A stretch of 64,000 nucleotides of DNA from Phycisphaera mikurensis NBRC 102666. GTDB taxonomy: Bacteria > Planctomycetota > Phycisphaerae > Phycisphaerales > UBA1924. The stretch's first letter is position 1. Every line of letters starts with the position of its first letter. Of the stretch, positions 1 to 10,064 are shown piece by piece. Under the pieces are notes generated by a model that searched no databases, was not told the origin of the DNA, and was given only the letters and a program-made list of their open reading frames with translations. The DNA lies in contig CALROI020000006.1 in NCBI GenBank assembly GCA_943369765.1, forward strand, positions 89,228-153,227. Reading direction: 5' to 3'. A program made the translations under genes and the position numbers.

Positions 1-535
1 CCGTAATCAGATCAACAACACCTGCCAACATTGGTCGCTGCAGCCCCTGCCAAGAGGTGCTCGCATTAGACGCGCCGGGGGGCAGCAGCGACAGTGAGCT
101 GGAGCCGATGGTTTTCGCGGGAGTCAGAAAGTCACCTTGCGGCGGTGATGTCAGTAAATTCAGGTTGAAACGAGAACCATAAGAAATTCTTGCTTCAGCA
201 GGAAGAATTTCGGTGAGAAAATAGTTGTCCAGTAGTGAGTGACCGTGCTGGTTTGTGGAAAGCGCGAAGAAGGCAGACGAGGGATATGGATCACCACCAT
301 TTCCTTGCCACTGGCTGGAAATGGGTCGTCCTGATTGTGAGTACACGGTGACGATCTTTCCCGTCCACGCGCAGGGATCTCCCTGCCCGCTGGGCAAGGG
401 CATCGTTGGTGTGATACGACGGGCCGTGTCGCAATCAAATGTGAACGGTTGAGCGAGCGAGCACTCACCACCAAAGCCGAACGAGACGGCGACGACTGAG
501 AGAGTTACGCCAAGAGAACGACGGCTGATCAGCAT
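1..535 (-). CDS. RHS/YD-repeat toxin, 5' fragment only (mirror of 54382..54916; runs off the window edge)
   Basis: Exact mirror of the first ~178 codons of the RHS gene (signal peptide MLISRRSLGVTLSVVAVSFGFGGECSLAQP...). Truncated by the window boundary, not by a stop codon. Confidence 0.8.
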   Translation of the reverse strand, partial: MLISRRSLGVTLSVVAVSFGFGGECSLAQPFTFDCDTARRITPTMPLPSGQGDPCAWTGKIVTVYSQSGRPISSQWQGNGGDPYPSSAFFALSTNQHGHSLLDNYFLTEILPAEARISYGSRFNLNLLTSPPQGDFLTPAKTIGSSSLSLLPPGASNASTSWQGLQRPMLAGVVDLIT

Positions 536-581
536 CGATTGGGCTCCATCGACAGGGCAAAGTCTCGCGACACTGGATCGC

Positions 582-610
582 AGATTACCGGGACCTACGG
601 TCAGCGTCAA
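582..610 (-). promoter_or_regulatory. Putative sigma70-like promoter (mirror of 54307..54335)
   Basis: Mirror of TTGACG-17 nt-TAATCT upstream of the RHS start. Confidence 0.3.
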
Positions 611-728
611 GCAGGTGTTCCGAGTTTCGCATGCCACGAATCGATAAATCTGCGTTCGACGTGCGTTCGCGTGCCTACCGAAGCGATGTCGAACGACGGC
701 TGCCTGCGACTTCTGGTACACTCGCGGC

Positions 729-2957
729 ATGCGGCACGCGTCACTTGGATTCTTCTCGTTTGCGGCGTTCGCGACAGTCGCGGCTTTCTCGTTGGCGTTG
801 CCGTGCGCCGCACAGCGTTCGGTCACGCTTGCTGGCCAGACGGATGTGGCGCGGCTGGTGGATTTGGCTTCTGAGCGGCTTGGGATTCGGGTGGAGTACG
901 ACCCCGCGGTGCTCAAAGGCGCGGTGACGGTGCGGGGTGCGGGGGATGGGGGGATTCCGGATTCGGAGCTTTGGGAAACGGTGAACGCGGCTCTTGCGGG
1001 GCGTGGGTTTACGATCATCAGCGCAGCGAAGGGCGCAACGCCAGCGGCGGATGGTGCTGTTGTCGATCCTGCGGCCGCTAATTCCTTGGTGAAACAAGCA
1101 TTCTCGGTGGTGCGGCTGAGTGAAGCTTCTAATCTCGTGATGCCCGATGGCCCGTTTGTGGGCAATCGCCTGACGTGGCCCGGGCTCGCGCCGGGGTACG
1201 CAGCGGTCTTTCTGAAGGTCGAACACCGTCAACCCAAGGCGGTCGCGGAATTGCTGAAGGTCGTGCTTTCGAAAACTGGATCGGTCGTCACGCCCGTGGG
1301 CGAAAGCGATCTCCTCTTCGTGGCGGACCTCGTGCCTCGCCTCAAACTCGCGGCGGAATTTCTCTCTCGCATCGACGCTCCGCAAGCACCGACCGAGCTG
1401 GCCGAGATCCCGCTTCTGAACGCGACGCCCGCCGACGTGATCTCGTTTGTAAAGGACATGGGAACGCGGCGTGAGCCCGGCGCGGCCATCGCAGTCGGAG
1501 GCATAGCGCAGCGCCCCCCTGGAGATGTTCTTCCGCAGCCCGGGGCCAACGCGGTGCTCGTGCTCGCCCCCAAGGAGCATCTCGCATTCTGGAAGGACCT
1601 GATCGCACGGCTGGACACGCGCCAGGCGTTGGAGACGCGGAATTACACACCGAGGCAAGCCGACGCGAAGTCACTGGTGAACCTCGTCGAACAGGTCGCG
1701 GGTATCGGTGTGGGCCAGAAGGCCGGCTCGGAGGGGCCGACCGCGAAGGTGATCGCGGACGAGTTCACCGGCACGCTCATCGTGACCGCGACGGCCTCGC
1801 AGCACACCAAGATCGCGGAGCTTCTTTCACGCATCGATTCCGCGAGCGGCAACGCCGCTCAGGTGGCCCGGTCGTTTGTCGTGCGCAATCGCCCGGTCAA
1901 GGAGGTCGTGGCCGTGCTCACGGAACTCCTCACCAAGAAGGTCGAGAACGTGAGCGTGCTGCTCCCGGGGGATTCACCCGCTCCAAGGCGGATAGAACCG
2001 ACGATCGCCGCGAGTCGTCGCGAGGAACCCACGACCCAGATCACCTCCGACGAGGGGACCAACACGGTGATCGTGGTGGCCGAGCCCCGTGTGCTGGCGC
2101 AGGTCGAGGTCCTGCTCGCCACCCTCGATGTCAGGCAGCCGCAAGTGATGATCGAGGTGGCGATGATCAGCCTGACGGACGGCCAGAGCCGCGCTCTCGG
2201 CGTTGAACTCGACAAGATCTCGACGCTTGCCGACGGCGCGGTGCGTCTGAGCTCGATCTTCAGCAGCACGAGCGGAGGTGGCGGACCTTCGGGTTCGCCC
2301 GGCACGGGGCTCACCGCGAGCTACATCAACGTCGGCGACTTCAGCGCGGTGCTGAGGGCGCTCGAAGCGGTCAACGACGGTCGATCCACCAGCGTGCCCT
2401 CGCTTCTCGTGGGGAACAACCAGCAGGCGACTTTCAGCTCTGTCGCGCAGCAGCCCACGGGCACGGTGAGCACGGACACCACGAGCACGACGACGCGCGG
2501 GTTCGGCGGGTTCCAGGACGCGGGCACGCGGATCAACGTCAAGCCGCAGATCGCCGAGGGCGACCACCTCGTGCTCACGTACAACGTGGAACTGAGTTCC
2601 TTCACCGGCAATCCTTCGTCGGACGGCCTGCCGGGTGCGCGGCAGCAGAACACGGTGAGCAGCGTGGCGATGATCCCCGACGGCCACGCGGTTGTGGTCG
2701 GCGGGATCGAGCTCAAGACCGACACGGACGACAGTTCAAAGACGCCGCTGCTGAGCGAGATCCCGCTGCTTGGGTTCCTGTTCCGGTCGAACACGGTGAC
2801 GCGGGACCGGACGCGGTTCTTCGTGCTGATTAGGGCGAACGTGATGCGGGACAGCGGGTTCGCGGATCTGAAGTACGTCAGCGGGCGGACGATTGAGAGC
2901 AACGATCTGGGCCTGAGCGACGGGTGGCCGAAGGTCGAGCCTCGGGTGATCAAATGA
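729..2957 (+). CDS. gspD: Secretin (GspD/PilQ family); mirror copy of 51960..54188
   Basis: Translation identical to the right-arm copy; signal peptide and C-terminal secretin motif as described there. Confidence 0.9.
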   Translation: MRHASLGFFSFAAFATVAAFSLALPCAAQRSVTLAGQTDVARLVDLASERLGIRVEYDPAVLKGAVTVRGAGDGGIPDSELWETVNAALAGRGFTIISAAKGATPAADGAVVDPAAANSLVKQAFSVVRLSEASNLVMPDGPFVGNRLTWPGLAPGYAAVFLKVEHRQPKAVAELLKVVLSKTGSVVTPVGESDLLFVADLVPRLKLAAEFLSRIDAPQAPTELAEIPLLNATPADVISFVKDMGTRREPGAAIAVGGIAQRPPGDVLPQPGANAVLVLAPKEHLAFWKDLIARLDTRQALETRNYTPRQADAKSLVNLVEQVAGIGVGQKAGSEGPTAKVIADEFTGTLIVTATASQHTKIAELLSRIDSASGNAAQVARSFVVRNRPVKEVVAVLTELLTKKVENVSVLLPGDSPAPRRIEPTIAASRREEPTTQITSDEGTNTVIVVAEPRVLAQVEVLLATLDVRQPQVMIEVAMISLTDGQSRALGVELDKISTLADGAVRLSSIFSSTSGGGGPSGSPGTGLTASYINVGDFSAVLRALEAVNDGRSTSVPSLLVGNNQQATFSSVAQQPTGTVSTDTTSTTTRGFGGFQDAGTRINVKPQIAEGDHLVLTYNVELSSFTGNPSSDGLPGARQQNTVSSVAMIPDGHAVVVGGIELKTDTDDSSKTPLLSEIPLLGFLFRSNTVTRDRTRFFVLIRANVMRDSGFADLKYVSGRTIESNDLGLSDGWPKVEPRVIK

Positions 2958-4498
2958 GCACGTTGGCGACGATCGCGAGTCCGGCTGCGTGGGGCGAGCC
3001 TTCGGGCGCGTTCTTGTCGCGTGTGCCGCGCGAGTTGTGTCGTCGGCATCTGGTCATCGGTGGTGGCCAACGCGACGGGTGCGAGGTGCTGCGGGTCTCG
3101 CCTTCGACGCCGCCGTGGATCGCGGGGAACGTGGCGGTGGCGTTGGGCACCCCGGTCCGCACGGTGCTTGACGATCCTGAAGCGATCGCGCGGGCGGTGG
3201 ACCTTCACTACCAGCACGCCGCAGGCAGTGGCAACGACGTGGGCGGCGGTGACGCTTCCGACTTGACGGGCGAAGCGGAGGTCCATGCCGAAGCGGCCAA
3301 GTTGCTCACGGATGCCGACCGCGACCTGCTCAAGATCGACGGCAAGGGCCCGGTGATCCGGCTGGTGGACATGATCCTGTTCGACGCGCTCTCGCGGCGG
3401 GCGAGCGACGTCCACATCCAACCTCTGGCCGATCGCACGCTGGTGCGGTTCCGGCTCGACGGCGTGCTGCACGACGTGCGCGAACTCCCTGCGGTGCTCG
3501 CGGCGTCGGTGGTCACGCGGATCAAGGTCATGTCGCGGATGGACGTGGCCGAGCGTGGTGCGCCGCAGGACGGGCGAGCGACCGTGACGATTGGTGGAGG
3601 TGTTGGTGTCGGCACACGATCAATCGACCTGCGTGTGAGCACGCTGCCGACGAGTTACGGCGAGCGTGCGGTGATCCGGTTGCTCGACAACTCGCGGGAC
3701 CACCACCTGATCGACCTCGCCAAGATCGGGATGCCGCCGGAGATCCAAGCGAGACTCGAAGAGCGCCTGAGTCGCGCCCACGGCATCGTGCTCGTGACGG
3801 GACCGACCGGGAGCGGGAAGACAACGACGCTCTACGCGTCGCTGCGGCTGATGGCGTCGCCTTCCACGGGTACCGCGTCCAAGGTGGGTGGCGAGCACAA
3901 CATCATGACCATTGAGGACCCCATCGAGTACGAGCTCTCGACGGTGGGGATCGCGGTGAGCCAGACGCAGGTCAACCCGAAGAAGGGCCTCACGTTCGCC
4001 ACGGGTCTGCGGCACATCCTGCGGCAGGACCCCGACATCGTGATGGTGGGCGAGATCCGCGACGAAGAGACGGCCCGTATGGCGATGCAGGCTTCGCTTA
4101 CGGGGCATCTCGTGCTGAGCACGCTCCACACCAACGACGCGGCGTCGGCGGTGACACGCCTCGTGGACCTTGGCATCGAGCCATACCTCGTGAGCGCGTC
4201 GCTTTCAGCGGTCTTGGCCCAGCGGCTGGTGCGGCGTGTCCACGCGGAGTGCAACGGTCGCGGCTGCGACGGGTGCCTCGGCTCGGGGTACCGGGGTCGG
4301 CTGGGCGTGTTCGAGATGCTGACGGTGAGCGATCGGGTGCGTGAGCTGATCACGACGAGCGCGGGCGAGCAGGTCATCCGCGACACCGCCCGCACCAGCG
4401 GCATGCGGACGCTGATGGAAGAGGGCAAGCGGCTCGCGGACGAACGGATCACTTCGATGGTCGAAGTGCAACGCGTGATCCAGGGGCTCGAAGGATGA
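2954..4498 (+). CDS. gspE: Type II secretion / type IV pilus assembly ATPase (GspE/PilB family); mirror copy of 50419..51963
   Basis: Identical translation. ATG 2954 overlaps the secretin stop (ATGA). Walker A, Asp box, Walker B and His box are present. Confidence 0.9.
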   Translation: MSTLATIASPAAWGEPSGAFLSRVPRELCRRHLVIGGGQRDGCEVLRVSPSTPPWIAGNVAVALGTPVRTVLDDPEAIARAVDLHYQHAAGSGNDVGGGDASDLTGEAEVHAEAAKLLTDADRDLLKIDGKGPVIRLVDMILFDALSRRASDVHIQPLADRTLVRFRLDGVLHDVRELPAVLAASVVTRIKVMSRMDVAERGAPQDGRATVTIGGGVGVGTRSIDLRVSTLPTSYGERAVIRLLDNSRDHHLIDLAKIGMPPEIQARLEERLSRAHGIVLVTGPTGSGKTTTLYASLRLMASPSTGTASKVGGEHNIMTIEDPIEYELSTVGIAVSQTQVNPKKGLTFATGLRHILRQDPDIVMVGEIRDEETARMAMQASLTGHLVLSTLHTNDAASAVTRLVDLGIEPYLVSASLSAVLAQRLVRRVHAECNGRGCDGCLGSGYRGRLGVFEMLTVSDRVRELITTSAGEQVIRDTARTSGMRTLMEEGKRLADERITSMVEVQRVIQGLEG

Positions 4499-5025
4499 CC
4501 CCCAACCCCCACAACCCCCACGACCCGATCCTGGCTCTCCGCCGCACGACGCGCCGCGTGGCGGGTGTGGGTGCGGCCTTGGTCGTCGCCGCGTTCGCGT
4601 GGGCGCTGTGGCCCATTGAGCGGGCTCCACTCGTGCTCGTGGACGCCGCTGGTCCGTCGCAAGCCACGCCATCAGCGGAACGCCTCGCCTTCAACGCTGA
4701 CGCGTTCAAAGCAACGCTCTGGACTCCGCCGCCCGTGCCGCCGCCCGCCCCGGTGATCGCTCAGAAAACCCCACCCCCACCGCTCAAGTTGCAACTGATC
4801 GGCATCACCCGCGACACCCCGGCCGAAGGCGGAACGCCAGAGCTGCGCGCCGCCCTCTATGACCCCGAGTCCGACCAGATGATGATCGTCGCAGCGGGCG
4901 AGAAGATCACGAGCGGCAAGGCCCGGTACACGGTCGCGTCCCTCACCGCCGACACGATCGAACTGGCCGACGGCGAGACCGTCCGCAAGCTCTCGCTCAA
5001 GGATGAACGGAGGCCCGGCACATGA
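4495..5025 (+). CDS. GspC/PilP-like bitopic protein; mirror copy of 49892..50422
   Basis: Identical translation; TM segment, Pro-rich linker and beta domain; ATGA overlap with gspE. Confidence 0.6.
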   Translation: MTPNPHNPHDPILALRRTTRRVAGVGAALVVAAFAWALWPIERAPLVLVDAAGPSQATPSAERLAFNADAFKATLWTPPPVPPPAPVIAQKTPPPPLKLQLIGITRDTPAEGGTPELRAALYDPESDQMMIVAAGEKITSGKARYTVASLTADTIELADGETVRKLSLKDERRPGT

Positions 5026-5930
5026 GCCACCCCCTCGCCAACCTTCATCCACGCCTTCCCGCCGAGCGGTTCTATTGGGCGATCCTCACCCCCGATGTTC
5101 CCGCGTCTTCGCTGCGATCGCTGACCGCGCCGATGACGCGGGCCATCCTCGACGAAGCGTTCGCGGCGCACTTGCCGGTGGACCTCGCGTCCATAGCTCC
5201 TGCGTACAAGCGGCTTCCCGACAACTCCGTGCTGGCGTGCGCCTTGCCCGCTTCCGCGTTGGACGACCCCGTGCTTGCCGCCGCCATCACGCTCGCCCCC
5301 TTGAACCTTCCGGTGTGGCTCGAACACGACGCCAACCCCGACACCCTCAACGTGCTCACCGGCGTGTTCGAGCCCCTTCCCGTGACGGCCGCACGCCGTC
5401 GCCGCTCGATAGCGGTCGCGTGCACCGCCGCGCTCGTGGCCTTGGGCCTGATCGTCGGCTTCGAACGGCGGGCAACCTCGGCACGCGCGGACCACAACAC
5501 TTCGCTCGCAGCGATCGAGCAACTGGTGTCGTCCAAGCCCGCTGTCGAGATCGGACTCTTCGCATCGCAGCCGATGCTTGAACGCTCGTTCACGCTCGAA
5601 CGCGAGCTCTCCCGCCTTCGGGCAACTCGGAGCACCAGAGCCTCGCTTGGCCTGGGCGACGCGACCGACCCGCTCGCCACGTTCCTCGCCGCGTGGCCCC
5701 GGGGCGTCAAGGCCCAGGTCCAGACGCTGACCGCCGCGCCGACGCAGCTCACCATGAGCGCGCTGCTTCCCACGCTGCCCGACGCCGAGCGGCTCGCAGC
5801 CTCGCTCGGCACCGCGCCCGGTTGGGATCACGCCCAGCCTCAGATCACCACCAGCGGCAAGGGTGTGCAGATGCAACTCACGCTCACCCCAGCAACCCCG
5901 GCGAGCAGGCCGCAAGGGGGCACGCCATGA
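5022..5930 (+). CDS. GspL/PilN-like membrane assembly protein (by topology and synteny); mirror copy of 48987..49895
   Basis: Identical translation; central TM segment; overlapping start and stop with neighbouring genes. Confidence 0.5.
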   Translation: MSHPLANLHPRLPAERFYWAILTPDVPASSLRSLTAPMTRAILDEAFAAHLPVDLASIAPAYKRLPDNSVLACALPASALDDPVLAAAITLAPLNLPVWLEHDANPDTLNVLTGVFEPLPVTAARRRRSIAVACTAALVALGLIVGFERRATSARADHNTSLAAIEQLVSSKPAVEIGLFASQPMLERSFTLERELSRLRATRSTRASLGLGDATDPLATFLAAWPRGVKAQVQTLTAAPTQLTMSALLPTLPDAERLAASLGTAPGWDHAQPQITTSGKGVQMQLTLTPATPASRPQGGTP

Positions 5931-6472
5931 CCGCCGCCCTCGTCATGATCCGCGCGGTCGCTGTCATCGCCATCGCGGGCGCGGCGTTCTCCGCGTGGCG
6001 TGCCGCGTCAGCCTCGTCAGATGCAAATCTCGCCCGCACGCAGGCGAAAGCCTTCTCGCAGCAACTGGCCGATGTCGAACGCCTGCGTCCCCAGCGTCAA
6101 ACCGCCCTCCTCGCTTCCAAGCCCACCGAAAGCGTCAGCACCGCGCTCCGCGCTTCGCTCGCCGCCGCCGGTGTGGGCGAATCTTCCCTCCGCGCGGTCA
6201 ATCCAGGCTCCGACGAAGCCCTGCCTTCGAACGACCCGACCAGCCCCGCGTACCGCCGCCAAAACATCACCGTCTCGCTCACCCCGATCACGACGCGCCA
6301 ACTCGGCCAGTTCTTCGCCGCGTGGCGAACCGCTGAACCCGCGTGGATCGTGACCCGCATCGACTGCACGCACGCGGGGGGCGAGGCCGACACCAACTCA
6401 ACCTACGACGCCCGACTCACCCTCGCCACGACGTACCTCGCGTCCCCTGTCACCAGCCCGAGCCCTCAGTAA
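5927..6472 (+). CDS. GspM/PilO-like membrane assembly protein (by topology and synteny); mirror copy of 48445..48990
   Basis: Identical translation. ATG 5927 overlaps the previous stop (ATGA). N-terminal TM segment followed by coiled coil. Confidence 0.5.
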   Translation: MTAALVMIRAVAVIAIAGAAFSAWRAASASSDANLARTQAKAFSQQLADVERLRPQRQTALLASKPTESVSTALRASLAAAGVGESSLRAVNPGSDEALPSNDPTSPAYRRQNITVSLTPITTRQLGQFFAAWRTAEPAWIVTRIDCTHAGGEADTNSTYDARLTLATTYLASPVTSPSPQ

Positions 6473-6491
6473 ACCCCCGCAAGGATTTCCC

Positions 6492-7127
6492 ATGCGTCTC
6501 ACCTGCCTCGTCACCATCGCCCTGATTGTTCCCCTCGCCACGCTCGCCTCGTGCAAATCCGGCCCGAGCACGGCCTACACACCCCTCGATCCCGAGCGGC
6601 GCGACACGTCCAAAGCCGACGGGCTCAATCAAGAAGCCGCCGCGCTCATGCAGGCTGAGCCCGCCAAGGCAGAGCAACTGCTCCGCGAAGCCCTCGCCGC
6701 CGACCTCTACCACGGCCCCGCGCACAACAACCTCGGCGTGCTGTTCCTCAAGCAGAACAAGCTCTACGAGGCCGCCGGCGAGTTCGAATGGGCCCGCAAA
6801 CTCCTTCCGGGCCACCCCGACCCACGCCTCAACCTCTCGCTCACGCTGGAATCCGCGGGCCGCTACGACCAGGCCGCCGACCACGCCCGTACCGCGCTGC
6901 AGATCCACCCCGGCCACATCGCGAGCCTCCAGCAACTCGCACGCCTCGAACTCCTACACCCGGCGCAATCCAAAGCGGCCTCTTTCGGAACCACGCGTCC
7001 CGAACGCGACCCCGAAGCCCGCGCCGAACTCCGTACCAAGCTCAGCGAGATCGCCATGCGTGGCGAGTCCGACGCCTGGAAGGATTGGGCACGGCTGCAA
7101 CTCGTGAAGCTCGATGGCGGTCGGTGA
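6492..7127 (+). CDS. TPR-repeat lipoprotein; mirror copy of 47790..48425
   Basis: Identical translation; lipobox LATLASC; TPR-like repeats. Confidence 0.75.
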   Translation: MRLTCLVTIALIVPLATLASCKSGPSTAYTPLDPERRDTSKADGLNQEAAALMQAEPAKAEQLLREALAADLYHGPAHNNLGVLFLKQNKLYEAAGEFEWARKLLPGHPDPRLNLSLTLESAGRYDQAADHARTALQIHPGHIASLQQLARLELLHPAQSKAASFGTTRPERDPEARAELRTKLSEIAMRGESDAWKDWARLQLVKLDGGR

Positions 7128-7224
7128 CTCGGTGGGGTCGTGGCAAAACACTCGATGTTCTGATTGAACGGAACCCAACTCGTAGTCGTCCTGCGGAATA
7201 GGTGCCATCGACGTTTGCATGGAC

Positions 7225-7695
7225 CTACTTGCCGTAGACGCCCCGACTCTTCTTGCGAATCGCCCCGCTCTTGGCGAGCTTGGAAAGTGCTTGCGAAACC
7301 ATAACCCGTTGGCTGGCCTCGCTTCCCTTACTCTTTCGGCCCATCGCTTTGAGCGCATCGAACACTTCCGATGGACCTCGATCGGTCCCATCGCTCAGAA
7401 CTTTGACGATCATCGCGCCCAAAGTTCCTTCACGAATCGCTCCCTGCCGGCGTCGCGCGGATTCCCGACGTCTGGCCGTCACGTTCTCACTCGGGTCGAG
7501 CTTGCCAAGGTGCAGCAAGAGATCTGCCCGAGCATGACTCAACGCAGTCTTGGCCGTGTTGAAGTCGGCTTCGGCCTTCTTGAAGTTAACCTCCGCCTCG
7601 CTGAATTTCTGTGCCAACATCGCAAGCGAGCGAGGTTGGGATGAAGAGCGGGACACCGGTGAGCGTCGAGAACGGGGGGCGCGTTTGGCCATCAT
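7225..7695 (-). CDS. Hypothetical protein; mirror copy of 47222..47692
   Basis: Identical translation; AAGGAG Shine-Dalgarno before the ATG. Confidence 0.55.
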   Translation of the reverse strand: MMAKRAPRSRRSPVSRSSSQPRSLAMLAQKFSEAEVNFKKAEADFNTAKTALSHARADLLLHLGKLDPSENVTARRRESARRRQGAIREGTLGAMIVKVLSDGTDRGPSEVFDALKAMGRKSKGSEASQRVMVSQALSKLAKSGAIRKKSRGVYGK

Positions 7696-7902
7696 GAGCT
7701 CCTTTTCCCACCCCATGATCGCAAGTATAGCTCCGTGACTCACTCAGATTCGTGCTCCCGGATCGGGGCTTTCCACAGACCTGTGGACTTCCGCTTGGTA
7801 CCACATTGCGGCATGATTGATCATCCACCGCACATCCTTCCTATCACTCCGGACGGCCACGCCCCTCACACTGGCTCCTCGGCCGACCCAACAGGCGGTC
7901 CG

Positions 7903-8271
7903 ATGCCGATCGTTTCGGAACAGAGTCAGCGGCTATTGAGTCTAAATGAGGCGGCCGATCTGTTGAGTGTGCATCGCAGTACCCTTGTCCGAGCCTGGAA
8001 GGCTGGCCAGTTGACGATCGTTCGGATTGGACGGCGCATGCTTGTCCGCACCACCGAGCTTGAGAAGTTTGTCAGGACACACGAACAGCGGTCTTGTTCC
8101 GACGCCCGACCGCTGAGTCCTCCCGGGCCTGGAGTATCTCTGAGTTCCCCCACGGCGTCGACCCCTTCCAATGACGCGACGGCAAGCACGCGGTCAACTG
8201 ATCGCGTAGCGGCGTATATCAGAGCACAACGCATCTTTAGGCGGCCCGGAAGCTCGGGAAACAACCCGTAA
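7903..8271 (+). CDS. Excisionase-family / MerR-like HTH DNA-binding protein; mirror copy of 46646..47014
   Basis: Identical translation (LSLNEAADLLSVHRSTLVRAWKAGQLTIVRIGRRMLV). Confidence 0.65.
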   Translation: MPIVSEQSQRLLSLNEAADLLSVHRSTLVRAWKAGQLTIVRIGRRMLVRTTELEKFVRTHEQRSCSDARPLSPPGPGVSLSSPTASTPSNDATASTRSTDRVAAYIRAQRIFRRPGSSGNNP

Positions 8272-8426
8272 CGGTCTCGTTACGCGATGCCTGTCGCGTT
8301 CAAATGCGCTCCATGCGCCACTGGCGGCCCAGCTGTCGTTGGTTCACTCGGTGGTTGGCTTGCTTTCGCTCGCACAAGGTGCGCGCATGCGCGCCCACAT
8401 CAACAGCATGCCTGACGGAGGTCACG

Positions 8427-9617
8427 ATGGATTCCGAACACCGACTCTTTGAACACGCCCACTACTGGCTTGTACAACGGCGCGATACGCCGCACCTGTA
8501 CATCTACTGGTGCCGACCGGGCACCCGTCGGGTCGAACGTCGAAGCACCAAGACGATTGACTTTGCAGAAGCCAAGCAGAGGCTCATCGCCTTCGCGGCA
8601 CGAAACCCCCTCTCCTCCAAACCTCCAGCGCGCAGCCGAATCACCCCTGAGTCCCATCCAAGCGATCGCGCGGCACCAATACCGGAGCACGTCTCACCAC
8701 GGCCTCTTGATCCTCCCATTCTCGACCTATTGACCGCCTACGTGGAACGCTTTGGCGCGGACCGTCCGTCCTTCTCGACGCTTCGTGCTGCCCTCGGCTT
8801 CTGGATGCGATTCTGTCTTTCCCAGGACATCGTCTATGTGTCGGAACTCAACCACGATGCCCAAGAGCGGTTCGTGAGTTGGAGACGCGAAGGGCTGATT
8901 CGATCGGGCAAGACGGGATCCAATGGCACCCTCAATCGAGATTTCTACCTGCTCAAAGGTGCCCTTCGACTTGCCTGGCGTCGTGGGCAACTGAGTCATG
9001 TGCCTTACGTAACGTCTCTTCCCGCCCCACCACCGCGGGACCAGTTCCTTACGGCCGACGAAGCCCACCGACTGCTCGCCGCGTGCGACGAACCGTATGT
9101 GCGCCGCTTTGTCCTTCTGGCCCTGCACACCCTTCAACGACCCAAGGCCATCTTTGAACTGCGTGTCGAGCAGGTCGATCTCCACCAGTGCCGCATCAAC
9201 TTCCTGCCGACGGGAAAGATCCAGACGAACAAGCGACGTCCGATGATTCCCATCACGCCAACCCTGAGGGACGAACTCAGCGTCGCCATCTCGGAATCCA
9301 GAAGCGGGTACATCATCGAGAAGGATGGGCTGCCTCTACAGAGCATGCGCAAGGCATTCGCCCGTGCGGCCAATCGGGCGGGCCTCCCGGGCATCACGCC
9401 CTATGTGCTCCGGCACACGGGTGCAACCCTTCTTGCCGCTTCCGGCGTACCCATGCACCAGATTGCCTCCATGCTGGGCCACACGACGCAGCGGATGACC
9501 GAGGTGTACGCCAAGCGCCGGCCGGAGTTCCTCAAAGAAGCCGTGAACACACTGGACAGTCTGTTCGGTGCGGCCCCCGCGCCACGCACCGCCACCTCTC
9601 GGACGAACGCGGCATAG
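8427..9617 (+). CDS. int: Tyrosine recombinase / phage-type integrase; mirror copy of 45300..46490
   Basis: Identical translation; GGAGG RBS before ATG 8427; C-terminal catalytic motifs. Confidence 0.9.
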   Translation: MDSEHRLFEHAHYWLVQRRDTPHLYIYWCRPGTRRVERRSTKTIDFAEAKQRLIAFAARNPLSSKPPARSRITPESHPSDRAAPIPEHVSPRPLDPPILDLLTAYVERFGADRPSFSTLRAALGFWMRFCLSQDIVYVSELNHDAQERFVSWRREGLIRSGKTGSNGTLNRDFYLLKGALRLAWRRGQLSHVPYVTSLPAPPPRDQFLTADEAHRLLAACDEPYVRRFVLLALHTLQRPKAIFELRVEQVDLHQCRINFLPTGKIQTNKRRPMIPITPTLRDELSVAISESRSGYIIEKDGLPLQSMRKAFARAANRAGLPGITPYVLRHTGATLLAASGVPMHQIASMLGHTTQRMTEVYAKRRPEFLKEAVNTLDSLFGAAPAPRTATSRTNAA

Positions 9618-9822
9618 ATCTGCGCGCCAGCGCGCCAAAGCGTGGGGTTCCGCGCGCCAAGATAAGACTCACTGAAAGGGCGGATTCCTGAGCTACTCGC
9701 CCGCACACGTGCCACGCCACCCTTTGGCGATTGCGCGTGTTGCGCGCCAGAATCTGCCTGTTTTGTCGCGCTAGACGACGGGCATCGCCGGCCACCCGCC
9801 GCAGATTTCCGAGGATTCTGAA

Positions 9823-9872
9823 TGGTGGGCAGTATTGGACTCGAACCAACGACCTCCACGATGTCAACGCGG
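9823..9872 (-). tRNA. 3' fragment of tRNA-Val(GAC), probable att core; not a complete tRNA (mirror of 45045..45094)
   Basis: Mirror of the anticodon arm, variable loop, T arm, 3' acceptor strand and CCA described at 45045..45094. Confidence 0.7.
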
Positions 9873-9886
9873 TCGACTTGGAGCTG

Positions 9887-9936
9887 GAGTGAGCAGGAGT
9901 GAGCAGGACAAATCAGGAGGAAGCAGGAGGAAGCAG
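9887..9936. repeat. Five phased 10-bp tandem units (mirror of 44981..45030)
   Basis: GAGTGAGCAG x2, GACAAATCAG, GAGGAAGCAG x2, read directly from the sequence. Confidence 0.8.
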
Positions 9937-10064
9937 AAAAGCTCTAGACACTTGGGGATGAGATCACGCAAGTCTCGATTTCAGAGCCTACTGCATGACC
10001 TCTGGGTCTGCACCTAAATGCTGACGAGTGCAGGAGGCAGCTGAGACAACCCACAATGACTCAT

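Noticed and set aside
741-5915. Long ORFs antisense to or overlapping the gsp genes (e.g. 741..1658-, 2321..3472-, 3832..4662-, 4857..5915-, and their mirrors)
   Set aside because: Their Arg/Pro/Gly-rich low-complexity translations are typical of spurious frames in high-GC DNA. Each is fully overlapped by a gene with clear family motifs.
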